A stretch of DNA of 64,000 nucleotides from Haplodiscus bocki (Eukaryota): assembly GCA_965655095.1 (NCBI GenBank), contig OZ296656.1, forward strand, positions 32,736,001 through 32,800,000, written 5' to 3'. Every line of letters begins with the position of its first letter. Position 1 is the first letter of the stretch. Made by a program: the position numbers and the translations under genes. This document shows positions 24,001-36,240 of the stretch, piece after piece. The notes under the pieces are model-generated. The model was not told the origin of the DNA. It did not search any database and saw nothing but the letters and a program-made list of their open reading frames with translations.

Positions 24001-24567
24001 CGAGAGAAGAGAGAACTACCGGCTGCCCTGGGAAAGGATTTGAGAAAATGGCAATACGTATGTCGCAATCGACAGTTCGCAGAGAAAAAAGTCGTCTGAC
24101 ACAACATGTATCCACTGTGGTTTCGAGAGTAAGTCCAGGACAGGTTTAGCCACACGTATCAGAAGATTACATTGAGAGGAACAGCCGAATCATCAGTGCG
24201 AGAAATGCAAAACAACTTTTCCCCATGAATAGAATTGCAAAAGTCATGAGCAGAAGTGCGTCGGAGACACTAGCTCCACCAAGTACGTCCCAGCCACAAA
24301 AGAATGCCCCCATTGCACAAGACCAGTATGCGCGACGATTTTGGTGAGGTGCGCCAGGAGTTGCAGGGCGAAGGACAGGGTAACCCTAACAAGTGAAAAC
24401 CCGAGACTAGACCTATCATCAAGCATTGAGTCTCAAATAAATTCGAACAAGTGAGTTGGGATCATTTTTTGTGAGCAGCTTGTATTTAATTTCAGAGAAA
24501 ATTTGTGCTGCTTTTAAGTGAGGGTGGTTTCTATTCGATGGCGACTTTTAATCAATGAAGGAAGGTA
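21038..24567. mobile_element. MITE-like DNA element interrupted by the RTE-like LINE
   Basis: Imperfect TIRs tgccgtatttcattgatta (21038) / taatcaatgaaggaaggta (to 24567). Joined flanks align to an uninterrupted relative at ~30405-30657. Confidence 0.7.
21247..24410 (+). mobile_element. Decayed RTE-like non-LTR retrotransposon (2A-like motif, APE, RT, C-terminal Zn-finger remnants)
   Basis: VVQEVRW (APE, ~21950); GLMVPPYKKG..ICLVS..RLRDWSE..LDNNQVGFR*QRSAAD (RT, 22690-22884); LLDLRKKY; VVEAIVESTML; many stops and frameshifts. Candidate TSD acctataatcaa (21235-21246) / acctatcatcaa (24411-24422). Confidence 0.85.
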
Positions 24568-27500
24568 GTCGAAATTTTATGTACTTGCAATGTATTGATA
24601 TCAGTATAGGCGTCGGATCTCATTACATGGTGTTGGCCGTACCGATTCAAGATGTGACGGGATACACGATTTGATGAAATATACGATTAAGCGGCTACGA
24701 ATGCTACTTGTTCAGTTTAGAGATTTAGAACCTTCACCGAGAGTTGCTCATCTTTGTGTAACCGATTTTGGCCTGATCAGTAAGTTTAGGTCCCAGAAAA
24801 ATTGTTAGTCCGTAAATTGAAATTACCGGGACGCAGAACAGATTTCCGCTAAATCTATAAATGCTTCAAAAAATTGATTTATCTGTTTTTTGTTCTCATC
24901 ATTTCTTGATGTGTGAAAAACACGAAACCCTACACGAAATTTCGAGTACTGGTTCCGATACACGATGCCAAAATACACAAAGTATACAACACACGATCTG
25001 TAGTAGACGAGTCAGTGCAATACATTGTATCCTTGATTACTTAGTGTTTTACCCGACAATTTTCAAAGATAACAGTAGTTTTCATAAGATTGAGTTTGAT
25101 GAATCACTGCTGATTATAACTGGTTTGGAATCGAATTTTAAGCATAAGTTTCTGCGGTATATCTGTTTCGGTAATGCTGAAATACATGCAAATTCGGCTT
25201 CCTCATTGTTATTTCTGAAAATCTCGACATCAGAAAAAATAGTACTTGAAGTATGCATGTTGACAAGGGCAATGAAGCATGAAATTTGTTTTGCGATGCC
25301 TACAGGGAAAGTTATTTGATAAAAAGACAGAGAGGTTATGAAACAATAATCTTATTTGAAATTTGGATTTTTGAATGTCTAAAAAGACGGAATTGAAACT
25401 CTTTTAGGACTCAGGCGTTTTTCCGCTTCCTGGTGTCGAACGTCCGTTAGTGTGAGTTTGATAAACTGGTGTAATATTCGCAGAAAACTGATCCTCGGTA
25501 TAACGGGTAGATAGTTTTTCGAAAGTTTTATCGTTTTCTCAATCGGTCTTTGTAGTACCGTCTAAGTCAAGTCAAAGCGGTATTTATCCAACGAGATGTA
25601 GAAAAATATTAGATATGAAGGGATTTTAAAAAGCTTGAATTAAAATAAAGCCTTTTTTCACTTGTCAATACGATTGTCAAAAAGTCTTCGTTCCTGAAAT
25701 ATGAACCGTCGAATGGATTTAAAACAGCCTAAATCAAAATGAAGCCTTTATACTTGAGGTTTTGGTGCTTCAATATATTTAAAGCACCGTTTAAGTTATG
25801 ATGTTTTTGAATTTTTTTCGGCAATGGTCGCCCAGAAAAATGGAGTGTCATAAATGAAAAGAAACAGCTGACAAAGAACATAACGCATCAATCACCTTGA
25901 TGTGTTGCAGTTTAACCAAGGCGCCAATGAAAAAGCAAATTTTTGAAAGTTGTGGAAAGTCAATCCCGACTTTGGTTTTTCCTGGGTATCGTAGTCTTGT
26001 GACTTTTTTCAACACTTCGGGAAATTATAATTTTAGAATTACTTATAGTATTTCTCGACTTTTGTTCAATTAACGCTTTTTCGTGCAACATTTTGCGAAC
26101 TCGTCCGACATAAGGTTTTTGTGCGACATCTGGAAAAAATCAAAACGCAAAGTTGCGTGGGAGTGCTGGATGCACCATACGGACCATGATAAAAGCGGCG
26201 TGATGGCGCAAATGAAAACAGGCACAACGAGCGTTTCACTCCGGCCTCGCGTAAAGGTGCCCAAGAAACAAGAATGTGCCAAACATTGCGCAGGGAAAGG
26301 CTGGCTCCTACTGGAATTGAACGGTAGCTGCAAAAGATTCAAGTCTTGGAAAGACGGAAAAATTTTCCATTTTAGCAAAACGATTTTGTACCGATTCTTC
26401 TTTCAAAACACACAACTTCCCATTTTGATCAAATATTTTTTTTCGGAAAGAAAAACTACATTTTATTAGAGTTTCGGCTGTCGGAAAATTTTGCTGAACG
26501 TGCTGAAGGTGGATGGCATTGGAGACGTAGGCGTTTCAAAATTCGATTATCCGCCAAGTCGAGAAATACGATATTTATATGATATTTCAAAATGTTTCAT
26601 ATTAATGCGACGGAAAAAAATTGCCCAAAATGTAGCCCATGCCCAGCACGATTCTCTGAGAAAAGTCTTGAGATACCACAAATAGGCTCGGTGATATAGG
26701 GGTTCCGAAAAATTTCCAGTGTCACGTTTTCCACACAACTTCGATTATCCACCTACGGGAGACCAATAGAGCATTTTTGCTTTCCTCGAAGACCTAAAAA
26801 GTTGAATCTTATCAATGCATTTATCTCAATCCGAGGGAAAGGGATTAGGATTGGGGGACACTAATGGTTATCCGAAAGAGCTTACGAGATCCTCTCCGCC
26901 TGGGGGTATTTTTTTATATCGAGGCCGAAGGCGCTCAAACTTATTCTTACAGACCACTTAATATGTCTCGAACATTTCTTCCTCACTGCATGCATTGACA
27001 TAAGTATTTGCTTGAGTTGCATATCCGCTTTCAAGCTGCTTAACGACTGATTTCGGACATGGTTTCTTTAGTAATTCAAAGTAAATATATCGTTAAATTT
27101 GCCTTTTTCCACAAGAAGTTTGGCTTTTAGCTTTCAAATTAACTGATTGTTAACTTCAGTTTTTTTAGAAGAAAGAAACACTGTTTTTTAGAAGGCTGTT
27201 GGACGATTGGAGTGAACGCCTCCATCATTTTTACGTTTACTCGGGTTTGTTTCCGGCTACATCTTGAGTTGCCATGTCCGATGCATTAACTTTCGACTTT
27301 CTGCCCCCAAATTCCCCGACACGTGTCTGAAACAGTAGAACGTCGCGTTTGCAGTTTTTGCCTCGTTCAAACAGTGCTATTTTAGCTACCTTAAGCGGAG
27401 TAACGTTCATATGTCCAGCCAGATCAACATCGGGTAAATTAGACTAAATTGAAACCAGCGGATAAGTTTCGAAACTTTTCTTGGAAATAATTGAAGTTTT

Positions 27501-30120
27501 TGGTGTTTATTAGGGCGTAAAAATAGCGAAATTTACCAGTAGATGATGATCCGAATTTTGCTCGGGACGTATTTATTTGGTGGCGATGACGCTGACGACG
27601 TTTTCTGTGAAGAATTTTTACAGCCCATTTCTCCAGCCTGGAAATGTGGTTCATGGACCCTAACAGTATAATAGATGCCCAACTACTCACTTATCTGATT
27701 TTTTTTGCGATTTCAAAAAGTTTTATTTTTTACATGGGAAAGACTTTTTTCGGAAGTTACCTTTGGAAGCTGCAAGATCAAGTTTGGGCAACGTTTTTCT
27801 CGACCTTTCACTGGGAAGGTAGAGTTCTGGTCTCCGCAGTGTGGCCAGAAACTCAATTCTTCCACGCGTAACTATTGTAGTGTTTGTCCAAGTTTTTCTC
27901 CCTGGTGTTTGAGCGAGCAGTAAAATATGGAATAGTGATCATCATCTTGAAAGCTGTGATTTCCGTCCACACTACTGGTACCGAGAGTTATTGAGGTGCT
28001 TTATACTGAAGTATGACGAATATGGCGAAAATTTCTTGTAAATCTTTGTCCCTTTGATTATTTTTTCCTGGCATAAATTTTTTATTGCTGTTGAATTTAC
28101 TATTATCAATGCCTAGTTAGTCGAACCCCGTAAGAGGGCTATTTTGAGAAAAACTTCAGGAATGAACGCGCCAATTAGGTATTCAATGCCGAATGATTAC
28201 AGGCTTACCTAATTTTAAGAAGGTGTGTTGGCTATGTTACATTTTTTAAAGGTATTGTCCAAATCAATATAATTCAAAATGCCGTAAATCTTCAGTCGTA
28301 ATTTTGGTGGGCATCAATTTGATTTGCAGTAAATATTTATTTTGTGAATCTGTCAGTATAGGAGTTTGCGGATCAAGTTATTACGTTTCCTGTTGACTCC
28401 TACCTTTTCTTTACTGGTTTGTATTGTTTTTGTTTGATATCATTATCTGACATCCATCTACTTATGTTTCTACACATTCTGGCCGAGTGGAAGGATGTGT
28501 ATTGAAACCTGCGTATACCCAATCTTTTGAATCTTATCCAAAACTTGCTTGTTTACGTGATCAGAGCGTCATATGATCTCTTCTAAACAATCAAAAATGA
28601 TCTCTTTTGTTCTGATGAAGTGGATAAGACATTGTTCTAGGAAAATGAAAAACAGCGTCCTCACAGTTCGTTTCACATATCGATGTTTTGAATATGAGAA
28701 GTAAGGGAGGTGAATTTTCTATTTTCGCGTTGTTTACTATACATATTACTTAAACTTTGGCCTGCCAAATGGTGCAATTTGAAAAGGCATCATTGAGAGA
28801 TCAACTTATGAAGTAAACGATGCTCTTATGGTATTGTTTCAATTCGAGTTTTTGGACAAACCTCTGATTGACAGCTGGCTCAGTTCTTCTAAGTGTCAAA
28901 CACAGGTCTTATTATGGTGTCAGATATCTTTCAAGATCTCTGCTGTCAAATGAGAAGTCAGAATGTGTTGCGAACTCTGCTTCGTCTCTATATTAACTTA
29001 TTTGGCGGAATAAAGTTCTCATATTGACTCAAACATTAAGTGTATCAGAGTTAACGTATTGATTGCTTGCAAATTTGTCGCTCGTGGTCGCTTTCCCTTT
29101 TTGTGAATTTTTGCTAACAGAAGTTGCGTTTTCCTTTTATCACTTATGAAGAAAATTAGAAATGGATGTATCTAGTCGAGAGTAAATTTTCATGGAAAAT
29201 AAACGCTCAAGAGCTGTATTTGATATTTTGCTTCACTTTTTGCTGCAAATATTTCCAACAGGCAGATGCTTTTGAAAGATTCGCTAGAAATAAGTTTTGA
29301 GTTATTGTTCGGAAAACCTCTGGGTATTGAGCCCAAAAAGTTCAGGATCAATATCTGCAGCTGCATCGTGCTTGTGAAAATAATTGAAAACCCTTGAGCG
29401 GCCACTTATTTGCTGAGATTTCTGCTCCCACCGCTACGCTTCTCTGATGCTTCTGGTACTCTATAATGAGATCACTAAACCAGCTCGATAATTAGTGATT
29501 AAATTACCAATATATTAATGAAATGAATTTACCCCAATTTACCCAAACAAAAAAATGTTTTGACCAAAATGTGAACTTTTGACAGAAAGGCAAATTTATT
29601 TTTTTGGAAGTTTGGACGGCCACGAACAGCAAATTATGACAATTTGTGGTTCCAAAATCTGCCAAACTAAAATTTCTCTCACCTAATGAATTACCAAATA
29701 AACTGAAATGCCACTACAAAAACAACCTATTTGATTTTTCGCAGCAGATAGTTTTTTGATACCCCCTTGCATGAACCGAAAATGTCCAAAAATACGATCT
29801 CCGAATCTTTCGCTAATGTTGCTTTAGTTTTCAGAAGAAGTTTTAGTTATTCAGAGAAGTTAGGTGCAAGAAATAGCGGGTGGGTACATAATTTACATTT
29901 TTGGGTATGCATATAAATTTAGGTATGCGGAAAAGAGGGTTTAATGAAGCCCTTTGGTGTTTGCATTTTCAAAATTTTCCGAGCTAAACTGCATTTAGGT
30001 AGTGATATTTCAGTTTCTATTTGTTATTGGTAATATAATAGCTTTTTATCGATAATTATGCCAGGACAATTTTATCATTATCAGAAAAACAATTTTGATG
30101 ACAATTTGTTCTCATTTACA

Positions 30121-30263
30121 AAATCGGCGGCTTTCTCTCTATTAAATTCGGCGGTTTTGTCTTATTATTGAAATGGGCAGTTTTCTCTCATTATTGAAAT
30201 GGGCGGTTTTGTCTCATTATTCATTATTGAAATCGGCGGTTTCGTCTCATTTAAAATGGGCGG
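30121..30263. repeat. Minisatellite, ~6 imperfect copies of a ~26-bp unit
   Basis: aaatSggcggtttt.tctcattattg repeated in tandem. Confidence 0.85.
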
Positions 30264-30404
30264 TCTGGTCCTGCTCCCGATGGCAGCTTTTATTTCACTT
30301 TGGTAATCCAAATTATTCTGTCGGTTGAGTTGTTTCCATTTATCTGATCTGAGATGATCACCCGACATGACTCTGAGGAAGGAAGCATCAAAATTTATGC
30401 TGCT

Positions 30405-30657
30405 TTTGAGTTCGAAATTTGTGAAGGCGAAGAATATTATTTTTATATTATCTATCATCAACCATAGTCTCGACTAAATTCGAAAAAAATTGAGTTTGCG
30501 CGATCATTTTTCCTGAGCGGCTTGTGTTTAATTTGCAGGAAAATATGTGCGACTTCTCTTCGACGGCGGTTTATACTCAACTTAAAGGAGAATAGGTGCG
30601 GCTTCTAATCGAGAGTGGTTTCTTTTCGAGGGCGACTTTTAATTGAAGAAATTCGTA
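30405..30657. mobile_element. MITE fragment, empty-site paralog of the element at 21038-24567
   Basis: gagttcgaaatttgtgaag..tatctatcatcaa..taaattcgaa..gagtt..gcggcttgtgtttaattt..gcgacttttaatt matches both flanks of the RTE, with one copy of the TSD. Confidence 0.7.
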
Positions 30658-30993
30658 TATAGACTAACTTTTGCCCCAGATCCTTGATCAATTGTTATCA
30701 TCACGTGCATTGATAAACCGATTTTCTTTGAAGCAAATAATTTGATCTCACAACTCGTTCTCCTTGTCTGAAACGAAGCTTTGGCCTTTAATCTTGTTCA
30801 ACACTTTGAAGAGCTACAATTTGATGGTAATCTATCTTTACGAAAGCTATGCTCCCCTTAATAATTAACTGTGAAGTATCATTCCTTCGTATGACGCAAT
30901 GATGGTTACGGAGAGATCATTAGGGAGATCAATGAGGAATTAGTTTAGGACTTTGGTTATTTCTGGAAAAAAGATCGTGTAATTAGAATTTGA

Positions 30994-33900
30994 ATGTTTC
31001 GGAAGCAACCAAAATTGACGTGTTATGTTTTCCTTTCTTTTTGTTTATCTGCTGCTATTTACGCAGGCAGTGATTGGGTTGAAGTCGTTACGCAATCAGA
31101 CTACAACAATTATCAACGTATTCTCGACATCTCATCTCAAAACGACGACTGGGCCCAAATTTTTGGGTTAGTCTTCGAAAATAATAGAAATTGTTTGATA
31201 GAACTTCCTGTTGCGCTTAGTTATCCATTTACAAAGGCCTGTGTCAGACAAAATCTAATAAGTCATGGATTAGGTTGTATTAAAATTGTAAGCTTTCGAC
31301 ATTCGAATCAAATTCCACATTCACCATTCAAAAGAAACTGCTTTCCAGAGATTAAAAATTCAGAGCATGGAAAAAATCATGCCTGTTCCTGAATACATTT
31401 TCGTGTTTCTTCCTTAATCTGTTGTAGAAAAAATTGTGTTTTTGGCATGGTATGTGCTATAAAGTATACTTGTTTGTTTATCCAACAGGAAACGAGTGAA
31501 ATTTGTAGAGAGGCTCATTTATCCGAGATGACGAAATAATCTGAAGTAATTAATGGCATATGGTGAAATGGTGGTATGAAATGAAATGTTGGTCATTCCA
31601 TAACATATGAAAACAGTGTTATTGTTATGTTTCTTATGAGTCACTAATTGCTTCTCTTGTATTGTGTATGGACTCTGCACTATTTGATGAAATGTATGCG
31701 GCTGAGTAGCCCAGTTATGGAGAATGCATCCTTTTCGTTGATGCTTCGGCGATCCCAGCATGTTTCATGTCTACGGTAATTGATCGAGCATGACGTGCAA
31801 TAAATCAGATCTGATGCGCTTCATTTGATCATGACTGAATTTGGAAGTTGATTTTCAGTTGTCTACTTGAGGTCGTATTTGTTTTAATCAAATCGTTTCT
31901 GCAACCGCTCATTCAAGTTATCTAAATGTCAACCGCTCGACGTACAGGGACCTTCACAAACTTTTTAAGTACGTAATATACCTGCTGAGGGTTTCTTTGC
32001 CTAGCAAGTGTCGGCCAGAGTAAGAAAAGTAAGGGGAACGTATTTTTGTCGACGTTCAAGAACGATGTATTGAACTAGCATTTGAACCAATTCCCAAATT
32101 TTGATTTTATTTAGGTGTAGGAGCTCTCCATACAGCATCCAAATGCTGTATAAGCGAAATAAGGAGTTTGTGGGTCTGTTGAAATGTATGGGTGGCTTAA
32201 TTTGGGTGTCTTCGATCGGTACATCTTCAGTGGGGGTGAAGATTAATGCCCCTCTGGATTTGAAACTACCGACCACTACATTGAGCACTACAACCGTACC
32301 CACCACAGTTCCTGTAACAACCACACCATTCGTTACCGACCCGCCTGCTCCGCCGACAACAACTGCGATGTTAGTTTGTTGCAGCATTTAAATATCAAAG
32401 TTTAGAAATGGCTGAAGCATTAAGAATTTGTGTGCCTGATTCTTTCTTCGCCTCAAGTCTTTTGACTCAGGAATACTCGTGGTTTGTGGTTCTGAATAGT
32501 TGCAGCTGTAGCGTTGTCACGTAAAATTTTCCCTGTAATTTTCTATTTCAGTCCTTTTCTATTTGGCTTCTAAAGTAGCGGGTGTCTATCATTGAGGTTA
32601 ACGAAAAACACTAATCTGAGATACGTTGTACTTGAGCTTAAATTACTGATCGAGGAGCTGATGTTTTCTAAATTGTACAGTTTTGTCTTTAACCCACTAT
32701 CGTCATAAGAGAATATCTATTAAGATGTAAGTTTATCGCGCTAGTCCAAGGGCGGATTTAGGCGAAGGTGAGGAAACGCAATCCCTCTCCCATTTTGAGA
32801 ACTTTTTTGAGAAAATTATCTACAAAAAACCTAACATGATTGTAGATTTCTGCATTTTTCCTTGGTGAATCCCCCTCCCACTAAAAATTTTTAAATACGC
32901 CTCTGCACTTACGCAGAAAAATTGTCACGCTAAACGCAGCTTTGATTATTTGAACTTGCGCAGCGTAGAGTTTTCTCTTTTTTTTTCTAGTCGTTCAAAA
33001 CTCGAAATTGCTGTCAATTGTGAAATTCATGCTCGTTTCGGCCGGCAATTTTTTTGTCAATTTTCAGTAGAATCGTTCCTTTTGACTTGAAGAATTCCAA
33101 AGACAGAACTATTTTTCAAAAATTGAACTTTCAGGTTTTTTGGAGAACGCCCTTAATAATTTGTTTCCCGAGCAGAATTCAGTTTTCGACATCATGTCAA
33201 AAAAATTCATTGCTGAGTCCAAAGTATGAATTCCGTATAGATTTTTGAATTATGAATTTGTTGCACAATAAATTGACTTGCATTCGAGAAATCGAAGATT
33301 ATTTTCTTGCGTTATTCGTAAAGAAACTTTTTCCTAAAAGATACTAATCGGATTGGAACCATCGAGTAGCGATTTAACTACATGCCACTTGGAGCTTCTG
33401 AGGAGCAGCTGGTATGGTCTTTTTCAAATTTTATTACGAAGTATCTTGACTTTGATGAGAAAAACATCGATGGTTTCACTAGCATTATTCGTTAAAACTG
33501 TTTTTCTCAATGACTAGAGGTCAGATTGGGCCCAACTAGAGTTGATTCAACTAGAATCCGGTAATCATGTATTTGAAAAAACCAAGATGTTTCACTTTCG
33601 TTCGATGACAATTATACGTAGTTACGTGGCCCTTTTAAAATCAGTTATTTTTGTTTGAACTTATGTCGGCACAAGAGTTGCGAAGCACAGCTTCTCCTCT
33701 GTCTGATTAGGTTTGAAGGACTCATTTTTGAATCACTGATGGGTGATGAAAAGAAACACAACTTGTAATTATTAGCATGCTCATGAGCACGTGAAATGAG
33801 TTTATCTTATTTGAGGAAGTGTTTTATTTTTAGGACACAAACAAGAAGTTATACAACGACTTCCTCTGAAAATCTTTCAAAGTCTCTTGTTGCGTTGGCA

Positions 33901-35545
33901 GCTTCTTCCAAGCTTAATGCAAAGAATCCTACCGAATCCAGTGTTCCTTCCTCAAAAAGCGGAAACAATCAAGTGGCTGCATCTGGGCCAATGGGCGGAA
34001 ATTCAGGGTCATTTTCATCATTGGCATCAACGATTAGTGTAATTCCAACTACTTTACCTAGAACCACGCTATCACCAAGTGATCAATTCTCGGTAATGTT
34101 GGCGCAAAGCTCGTCCCCTATTCAATCCGCGTGTAAGCAATGGAATGTTTTGGAATCAAAAAGTTTGAATGCTGGTACCGTAAGCTCGAATGTTAACTTA
34201 CCCCGAAAAATATATAAAGCCCAATGTAAAGATGATGTTCTTCCGGTTACACTTTACTTCACTTTTGATGCTCTGAACGGCGATTCTTTCAAAAAGTCCG
34301 GTAATTTATTAACTTACAAATTAACCAGTTATAACGAATCTCAAGGCGGACTTAATGCTTCAATTTCTGCATTCCCATCTCCGTACTGGCAAGAACTGAG
34401 GCAAGATGTATTACAATATTTAGCAACTGGCTATCCCAAAGGGGTTACTGATATTGTTGGAAAACAGTGCAGTGGACAAAATGTAAATTGGGTTTCCCTA
34501 TACAGCAATGCGAACAATGCAACAACTATTTACACGAAGGTCATTTGCAGTATTACTTTACAAACCCAACTGTACATAAGTTCGTATACACCTGAGGAAG
34601 CGGACCCCATTTTGATTGGGATTTACGTGGACAGGCCCTATTATGTAGAGGAAGTGTATCGAAGTGTGTTCTCCATTTACAGAACTGTGAACAGAAAAAG
34701 TGACGAAATGGCTCGGGTTGTGAGAGATTTGAAGCTGATGCAAAATTCCATCACGTCCAAGCTGATAATTTTAGGTGAGATTTATTTGACTCCACACCAG
34801 ATCAGGGCGGGTTTCGCACAGTTTTGTCCAGTTTATTTTAACGCTTAAATGTTGTTCTGCTGGACGCCGATATTTGAACTTTTTAGTTTAACTTCGAATG
34901 CATTTTTTTTCAAATTTGAAAAATAACCACATGATTTAAAAAAACCACATGATTTAAAAGGAGTGATATCATCTGCAAGTACACAAATATTTTGGTCAAA
35001 TGTGGCTAAGGAATATTTCTTTGGGTGTGATGGTTTGAGGATTTTTTTCAGGTTGTAACAGTAAGACTTATACAACGTTGGCAGTTCACGGTGACCCGAA
35101 ACAGACTTCGAAAAGCTACTTTGTCGAAATAACTTGCAAGAACAAAAGATATTACATAGAGTACGAAAAACCGGATGATGCGAAAACTCAAACTACTTTA
35201 GAGACAATGGATTATACTCCTATAGATCTATCTGGTGCCCAAAATTTACCACATAAGGGATGGGACATGTCTTTTGCAACGTTCGACTCCAAGTCCCTGC
35301 TCAAGTCCACTGTGAATTTTGCAGAAGCTGCGAAGAGAGTTAATTGCTCAGACTATTGGGTTGTGTTGACGTATGAAAAAATAATAATGGCGAAACAACA
35401 GAAGTACTACCTTGTCGCTATTTACTGTCCCTCGAACGAAAGCAACCCAGTTGCCTACGTCACAGTGTTTACGTTGCTCAAATCTGATTGGTTCAAACCG
35501 TGTCTTGCAGACAACATACGATTCTATCCTCCTGAGGATTTCTGA
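30994..35545 (+). CDS. Unrecognised secreted protein (620 aa): signal peptide, five divergent Cys-paired ~90-aa repeats, Thr/Ser/Pro-rich linker
   Basis: Exons 30994-31166, 32115-32369, 33834-34774, 35052-35545; GT-AG, phases 2,2,1; total 1863 nt, open throughout. N-terminus MFRKQPKLTCYVFLSFCLSAAIYA; AATAAA at 35635. The start is less sure because cgcag at 31066 could be an acceptor. Confidence 0.8.
32748..32905. mobile_element. Possible small MITE in intron 2 of the secreted-protein gene
   Basis: Imperfect TIRs caagggcggatttag / ttaaatacgcctctg. Confidence 0.4.
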
Positions 35546-35812
35546 TAACCATCTAGAGAATCTTTTCATTTGGTGGTTTCTGAAGATCAGTTACTTAGTT
35601 TATTTTGTATACCAAACTTGAATTGAAACAAAAAAATAAATGTTCTCTACTTATGTTTTTAAAAGGTTCATAGGATTGTCGTAGAGTTGCAAAATTATCC
35701 GGATTTTCTCCGTCCCCGCAATTGGGTATTGTTCTACATTTTCACTGTTTGATGATAAATGATTTGGTAGAAAGTTAACTCTTATGAGTTCTTGAAAATA
35801 GTTGAATTTAAA

Positions 35813-36240
35813 TACCGTTAAGTCTGGCTTATAAGACCCCCTTAAAGTTTGATACAAAAATTAGTATTTAGTATATCCTCGCCGTATAATGCCGTATAAG
35901 ACCCCCCGTATAAAATACCGGTATGCGTACTTGAAAATGAGAAAATTAATTGGGATTTGTTGATCCGAAAGAAACTTTTCTATATAACTATCATAATAAA
36001 CTTCAAAAGAAACAAAGACTATCTAGGTAATAAAATATATTCATCAAAACAAAAAGTTAAAAATTAAAGGTCTTATTTATCAAGCCGAGCAAAATCTTCC
36101 TCTCAGATACTATGCCACATTCTAATTTAGTTTAGAATAATTTATTGAGTTAAGATTTTGTTACTCGGCGTATAGACCCCTGAAGTTTGGAGCTTTATTT
36201 TGGTAATGAAAAAGGGCCTCATGTGCCCGATTTTACGGTA
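35813..36240. mobile_element. MITE with TACCGT...ACGGTA ends (Tc1/mariner-pogo-like, TA target)
   Basis: Left taccgttaagtctggcttataagacccc; reverse complement of the right end taccgtaaaatcgggcacatgaggccct; internal tataagacccc sub-repeats. Confidence 0.7.

Noticed and set aside
24861-30461. Scattered 60-150-aa ORFs between the RTE and the secreted-protein gene
   Set aside because: No domain motifs or consistent splice chain; several overlap repeats.
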